Shown here piece after piece: positions 57,049 through 64,000 of a stretch of 64,000 nt of DNA. The notes beneath the pieces were generated by a model. It made no database searches, was not told the DNA's origin, and worked only from the letters and a program-made list of their open reading frames with translations. A program made the translations under genes and the position numbers. The stretch comes from Tubulanus polymorphus (lineage: Eukaryota > Animalia > Nemertea). The DNA lies in assembly GCF_964204645.1 (NCBI RefSeq), contig NC_134025.1, positions 21,804,299 to 21,868,298 on the forward strand, read 5' to 3'. Position 1 is the first letter of the stretch, and each line of letters begins with the position of its first letter.

Positions 57049-57306
57049 CAGGGTGGATCTAGGGTCTGCTTCAGGGAGGGGTGCCCGCCCCAAAATAGGG
57101 CACATCATATAATTAATCCCTGAAAGAAAGCTCATCAGAAAAAATTAGCTCATATTTGGAAATACAGAGAAGAGCTTATGAATTTCTTTTTTAGGTATCA
57201 GTTTGATATATTTCATTTTCCTATCAAATTTCAGGGCAACCTGATATTTCAGAGGGGGTGCGTACCCCCTGCTACCCCCTTCGATCATCCATTCAATCCG
57301 CCACTG
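57049..57306. mobile_element. Non-autonomous DNA transposon with 5-bp TSD; inverted relative at ~55984-56210
   Basis: TIR CAGGGTGGAT / ATCCGCCACTG flanked by an ATCTG duplication; shares GGGGGTGCGTACCCC with the 55984 copy. Confidence 0.65.
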
Positions 57307-60300
57307 ATCTGGTACTATGTGTTCGAATTCAACAAAGACTAAAAATATAACGTAATTATCGTGAGCTCTCTCATTAATAGCAAACAAAGCCGTTCACAGC
57401 GGTAGGTTATCGAAACGTTTACAGCGCGCTCTACTCTAAGCAGCCAGCGTTGAAGACTTTCTTATTTTGAACAACACACAGGAAAGGTGTTAAATTCAAT
57501 AGCGTTCGTAAGCCATAAGCAAATATGTTCGCGCAGCAATCTAACACAAAGGACGAAAAACGACACCGTTCGTTTGTAAATTACTTATGGAATCGGAGAA
57601 CCGTTGATTGTGTGTCGACCGTCGCCAGTGAGTCTCCGTTACGTTCGGATCGAGCGTATTTCGGTTTAGTGACCGACGCGGAGGGGCGGAATCGGCGACA
57701 ATAGACCCGCGATCGAACAATAAAAATACGATATATCCGATGCCTTCAACTGTACATTTTCGAGTGGCTCATTATTCGCTGTTTAATAGGCTATTGTCGT
57801 CGGGTGATGATGTTTATTTTTCTCGCTTGCGCTTTTTTTTCCAAATACGCGAGAACGAAAAATAGAACGGCAAACCCGACAGGCAAATGCAAAGCGAAAA
57901 TCAATGGAAAAAAAGCACGGTACGTTCATGCGCGCCCGTAAAACGAACACGTTCCGTAAGTCTAATTTCTCTCCGATTGCGGGCGCAATCGTTTAACCCC
58001 CTCTGTTAACCCGCAATTACGTATTTAGAATATTGTATAGCTAGCGTTAATTTCCTCTACGACCCACCGCAACAGTAGCAAACGCGCAAGTTCGACAAAT
58101 CATGCGCGAAATCGTCACAATTTCACGAGACCGCGTTCTGAAGGTCGGCGGGATGCTGGCGATAACGGACAGTAATTAGAACCGCTCGCAGAGCGCTGCT
58201 ACCAGCGCGCGCCTGTACCGCGGCATTTTCAGCTGCCAATTTTTTTCTGGTACAATTACTTTCCGATTATACGAGAAACAACATCGCAAAAAATAAAGGG
58301 ATCATGCGAAGTCACGTGTAATTCGTACGAGACATCGATGTATTGTTTCGGCGAGGTATCGTGTTGTTTTTCACCGAGTCTCTCATCGAGTCGTCGTTGT
58401 TATAATATGTGGTTATTATTTCCTCGGCGCTCGTGATCAATAGCCGCGGCGTTTGAAGTGCTCGTCGCACTGTCGCCAGGTTTATCGATTCGCCGCCGAG
58501 TCTCTCATCTCTACGTTGACTGCTATAGCAGTTGTATCACCGCGGTTATTATTAGTTACTACTGCCGCTATTCAGTGCGGTCAACAATCTTAAATGGCTG
58601 TTGTAATAAGGGCAATTGTGCGAATATATTGTAATGATACGGAAGGGCAATAACAAACAAATGTATCGAGTGACGCTAAAATAAGAATCCCGCACCAATG
58701 ATATAAATAAAAGTCGGAAATGTTGAATTATGATTATCTGATTATCACATCATGTTATTTCATCTTAATCTCATTCACTAGCTCATTACTGTTAGTATTT
58801 GTGATCATCATCATTGTTTTTGTACATAGATTTTCAAGGACAACGATCCTCCACTCGAGTACAGCCTCCTGGCTTACCTCCTTTCCCCTTGTTATATATA
58901 ATCTACTCTATCCTACAAGGGAGCCATGAGGAATATACGACGGATTTTTATTTTGATTCGCTCAACCCACTGAGCGCCACACAGGGCATTATAAACAGGT
59001 TCGATGTTTCTTTTTCCCAATGGGGGAGACACCAGAGAAGAACCTTCAACCAAGAAATTCTGTCGCTACCAGGATTCTAACCAATGAACCCTGGATTGAC
59101 GAGACCAGTGAGACTACACCAATGCGCCTACGATGCAACTGTGTCACACAATGTCTTCAACTTTTCCAAATTCGTTCCAGCACATCTTAAACTACTTGAA
59201 AAGAGTTGGCGTTTTTCATGCAATTCTCAACACGAGCATCAATAGGGACATCATTACTTAACTATGATATGGGGGTAGTCTTATTAGCTTATGAGGATGA
59301 ATGTAGGTAAAAATCCCCGGAATAACATTTCCCTAGCTAGTTAATTCATATATATCTACGATCTAATGCAATAGAAATATTGATAGGGTATTGTCGATTG
59401 GCTTAACATTTCAAGTATAATGTCACGAAATGTTATACAACTTTTCATAAGACATAGTTGATAGTTGGTGCCTCATATATATATTTTCATTCCTTGTATA
59501 AACTCAGGTTCAGGGTCCTATAGAGTTATTCAAAATTCTAACACTTGTTTGACACCCCTTATGTAATATCCAAATACATCAAACTGACTATCAGTATATA
59601 CAAACAAGTTTTAATCCACTATCAAAACGAGTTTTGACTGGTATGCCACATATGTATAGGCTTATGTCTTCTAAAATAATCGCACCATTTTTGATTCGAT
59701 TTCTAAGCCTAAGCCGACACGAGCAGGCCAGGCCTACTTGAATATTCATCGAAATAGTGGTAATAATTCTTCGAAAGAATATCGTTACATTGTTGATCAC
59801 TTCAAAAAAGTTTATAATCCCATAACCCCTCGCACAAGTGTGCACGTATGGTTTCATTATTTAGCCTTGAAAACGCTCTCAAAGCCAGAGCAAAAATGCA
59901 CAATCATCAAAATGAGCAATATCGCAAGATAGACTACGATAATATTCTTATGCGTACAACTTAGTCATAACAGTTATCAAATCATTCCCCCCCCCCCCCC
60001 GAGGAAGTGAAGCCTAGCCATCTGATCCACGAAGCTATAATCTGTAAAATAATTGTAAAACATGAGATCCTCCGTAGCCGAGAGAATCGCAGTGATTATT
60101 TGACTGATATGAATGGTGGTGACCAATTCTCTCTGACGACGACATTTGTATGGCTTGTTGTGCTTATTGAGAAAAAGACGCTGGTTTAGCTGGTTGAGCG
60201 TTCATCGTTTACTGGGATCGCCTCGTAACAAGCAGACTAACTTATATAAGCTTATCTTGGATCTCTTCAGATTCAGATGGGTGCAAACGCATATCCGTTA

Positions 60301-60806
60301 TATCCCGAGTTCTGTTAGAATCTACCTGATTACGTTAGTGTTGCAGTGACTTTGTTATATGAAATAATCACTAATATTGGCCGGAAATGCGTCTAAAAAG
60401 GTTCAATTTTTCGAAAAAAATTTCTTGCAGGAGGTATCCCCTATGGTGCTCGCGGCTAAATAAGAGTTAAATTTGTTCAAATAAGTCTAAATTTGCACCC
60501 ACCAAAAAAGAGGCCGTGTACAGGCGGAAAAAAGTTTTTGGCCAAATGTGTTGAGTTTAACTGAACATTTTAAGTCCTTCCCTGCATCATTTGAATTGTA
60601 GAAATAAATTCGATATTGCTAAACCTTACAATATTTTCTGATCAATTCTCCTTCCTAAGATCGGTGATCATGACTTCGATAGTTGCATCAAATTATCGCC
60701 TTCGCAGTCAAAAAACAACTGAACACACCTCCTCCGCTGCCTGATTAGCAAGGAGATGAATGACTTCGAAGATTCTAAGTGAAAACTGACAGCTGGCTCG
60801 TGTTTG

Positions 60807-60896
60807 CGAACACCTTACACATGATAGAATAGACCGATAGAATAATGATGACGAACACCTTACACATGATAGAATAGACCGATAGAATAATGATGA
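60807..60896. repeat. 45-bp perfect tandem duplication
   Basis: CGAACACCTTACACATGATAGAATAGACCGATAGAATAATGATGA x2. Confidence 0.9.
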
Positions 60897-63532
60897 TGAT
60901 GATGCCTCGGCGCCAGCGAGCTTAGTTTCACTTCGAAGATGATCTCAGCTAATCAGTCTCATAAAACCTCATTCGACTCGAGCTTATATAGTCAATTCAT
61001 GGATATCCCTATTGTACTTTTTATTAGTATTAGATGAATATATTTAGAGCAGGTACCAGACCTTATCAGTATTGACAAAACACTACAATAAAGGAACTAA
61101 AGGTGAAATGCAAACATCGGAAATCCGAGTGATTGACCGTTTTCGACAAAGATAGAAAAATCTTCAACAACAACAACGTATTTAAATGAAGACAGATGTG
61201 GCGGAAGTCGGGAACAACGCCCCGGCATTGACACACGAGGCGCTGATCGAGCCCCGATGATTGAATCAATCACGTAGAACTTGTTAAAATCATTTATCTG
61301 TGAAAATTACGCAGACAGACTGTCGCCAATCTCAGTTTGCTTAGCGCTAGCTAGCTAAAAGCGATATGGCGATGATATCGAGCCCCGTGTACGCACGGAG
61401 TGCTGGCGATTTACAGTGGCGCTTGCGCGTGCACATATTCCCAGCTACGATTGAATATGCAATCTGATTAAATTTCTACATCGTAGAGATCAACTGAGAA
61501 TTGATCTCGAAAAATTGACTTCGCGGAACTAAGATTAAAAAGATGTTCATACCTATCTATTTTTTTCGTTTCACGCATGACTTGCTGAGAGCGAATCATG
61601 ACATTATTAGCAGGTACAAGGCATCTTTTTACCAATTGATGGACCACCACCAAGGGGCAGATCCGAATCGCTTTAGAAGGGCGATGCAGAAAAAAGGGCA
61701 ACTGTACTTCATAGAAAGTATTGCGCGGACCAACGAAGGGCCTCCCCCGGAAAATCTAAAAGATCTAGACTTATTCTAGCAACTTATTAGATCATCTGAT
61801 TTCTATAGACCATCAATTGACTGGATGGAACATTGTGATATATGAGAAAAAAGTTTCTGAAGAATGATTTAGACACCGCAAAGGCAGTCCTCTCATAGCT
61901 CAGGACTTGAAAAGTGCTTATACCTCCATTAGACCATTTTTTAACAAAAAAAAAATATACACTAGTCGGTAAAGTCGTATTTAGACCATGAAAGTGATAT
62001 CATTTATAGTATCGTTACTTTGTCAGAACTCTACACATTCCTTCCATCAATATAGACGAAAAATATGTTCGCCAGAAGATTTCTCCCACTCAAAAATAAA
62101 AATATGAAGTTCGTTTCCCATGACTGTTAACAGATCAGCTTTCTTATATAACGTTTCAACACCTTACGTAAGATTCACATGAGACACTTCAATCAAAGCG
62201 TAAAATTACTAGATAACAAAACATATTCCATGCAAATCTAAACAGGTTTGCATGTTGTTAGAAAATACATAGTTGAGTGATATTGAGCGAAAAGAAAAAG
62301 AAAAGCGAAAAGAAAATTTACCATTTTACCATTTTACCCGGAGAACAACAACACGAACATAGGACCGACCAATTAACTCTCGCGGCCGCCAACCTATGAT
62401 AAGTGCTATCAGTAACAAATTGAATTTTTTTCTGTAATATGAAAGTAAATTAATGAATTAAAAGAAAGTCAAATTAATCAGTTATCAACAGTAAGACCCT
62501 CACTGACACATTTCATATTTCTATACGCAGCAAACAAATCAAATCAGTATTTCTCATTGTCAAATAGTAACAATACTGAAAATCAGGAACAGTTGGCAAC
62601 TCTCTCTCTTAATCGGTCATCGTCAGACCTCTATTTGCTTCCAGCCTTTTTATAAATAATCTATCATCATTTCTTTTTCTCTTGAAAATGTTTTATTGTC
62701 ATCAATGCTGTGTTACATTCTCTATTGTGATATTCCAATCTCGCAATGTAATTACTAAATAGTCAATAAAGATTAATTGAATCGATCAATTGAATCGAAT
62801 CTCCGCCTAGAAATGGAGTAAGAGGAATTCCTGCCTCATACGGCGACTTCTTCCCGGGTTATTGTTCGAAGGTATTGAATCGGAAAGGGCTTATTCTTAA
62901 GCCATAAACCCATTAATTAGGCACTCTAATCTACCGACAATTGAAATTCCTCAGAGAAAGGTGCCGGACTTACAGTCCGCTACAAAGACTGCTCGTCGGT
63001 AAATTTAATCTCGAGCACATTCGAAGACGTTCGCTGGAGACAGTCAGTCTGGAAAGCGATGGCGTAGACAAAAGTCATCGCGCCGCGGACAAATCTTCGA
63101 AAACGTGCTCGACGAAATGAGCGCCTCGTCGTCGACACCTGTCCACCACAAAACAGAATAATGAAGAAAAATCTACTTTGTCGCCGAACGAACGCCGTAC
63201 GTGTCGCTGATGATGTTTCATTGTGTGGACTAATGCCGGCTTTATGATGGAGAGAAAAAAAATCAGCCTCTCGCCAGTTCAAGGCACCGAGGTTAGATTT
63301 TCTGACCGGCGACAAAAATGTGTTTTGGTTTTTCAAGAACGGGTTAGATCCCTTTCAGAAAGGGTTCTTTGGCCACAGGACAGCATGGTTCTCCGTATAA
63401 CTCTGAAGAGCGGTTACTTTTGCCGATGCTAAATCCCAAGCTTTCGATTTCGGTTTGGAGTGTTCGCCAAAAACCCTTGGAATTCATTCAACACTGAATT
63501 TTGGTGTAATCTTCCAATAATATCTCCCCCAT

Positions 63533-63595
63533 TATTGCTTTGCACAATAGTTTGATAGTTAATCATTAACTATCAAACTATTGTGCAAAGCAATA
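63533..63595. repeat. Perfect 63-nt palindrome (31-bp arms, 1-nt spacer)
   Basis: TATTGCTTTGCACAATAGTTTGATAGTTAAT-C-ATTAACTATCAAACTATTGTGCAAAGCAATA. Confidence 0.95.
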
Positions 63596-64000
63596 GTCGC
63601 TGTAACCAATGATAGAATATTGGTATCAAATCATGTATAGGGGTAGCAGACTATTGACCAGGGGTGGACTCATTTCGGAGTGGATGTTAAAATGATCGGG
63701 GTGGTTTAAAACACCTAGTTGAGAACGCTGAACAAATAAAATGAGGATCAGGTGTTCTATTGGAAAAGTTTTTTTGACAAACACATTCACGTAACGAAAC
63801 ATTCTCCCCAATCTCCACAATACACATAATTACGCATCCATGTAACGTGTTTACTACGCCATATACGCGAAAATGGGGTTGAATAAAAACTACATTTTCA
63901 TGACACCGTCGAGGAGGTTGTAGTAGGCCTATTGGCAAAATAAAACGTCGAAATGACGATTCAATTGCTGCAAGGCGTAGGAGTCTCACGCGTATAAGAG

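Noticed and set aside
61543-61779. 78-aa ORF that looks protein-like
   Set aside because: Short, with no recognisable motif and no convincing exon chain.

Overview
Eukaryotic, intron-rich invertebrate (probably lophotrochozoan; inference) genomic DNA, so the ORF track mostly shows exon fragments and noise. Hand splicing gives five protein-coding genes. (1) STPG4-like, 8 exons, + strand, 35-2021. (2) TTC7, 19 exons, - strand, 18387-3501, tail-to-tail with STPG4 as in human. (3) An intronless FMRFamide-receptor/Srw-like GPCR nested antisense in TTC7 intron 6. (4) RPS27A (ubiquitin-eS31), + strand, head-to-head with TTC7. (5) The 3' seven coding exons of TRIM9/TRIM67, - strand; the RING/B-box exon is not in the window. 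The most notable non-coding signals are three paralogous dual-guide box C/D snoRNAs in RPS27A introns (a SNORD58-type D' guide plus a second conserved guide for the adjacent 28S segment), a minimal hammerhead ribozyme in a Penelope-like remnant, candidate in-frame cassette exons, nested fold-back elements, a perfect 63-nt palindrome and several MITE/HINE/SINE families. All family assignments come from recalled sequence knowledge, not database searches.
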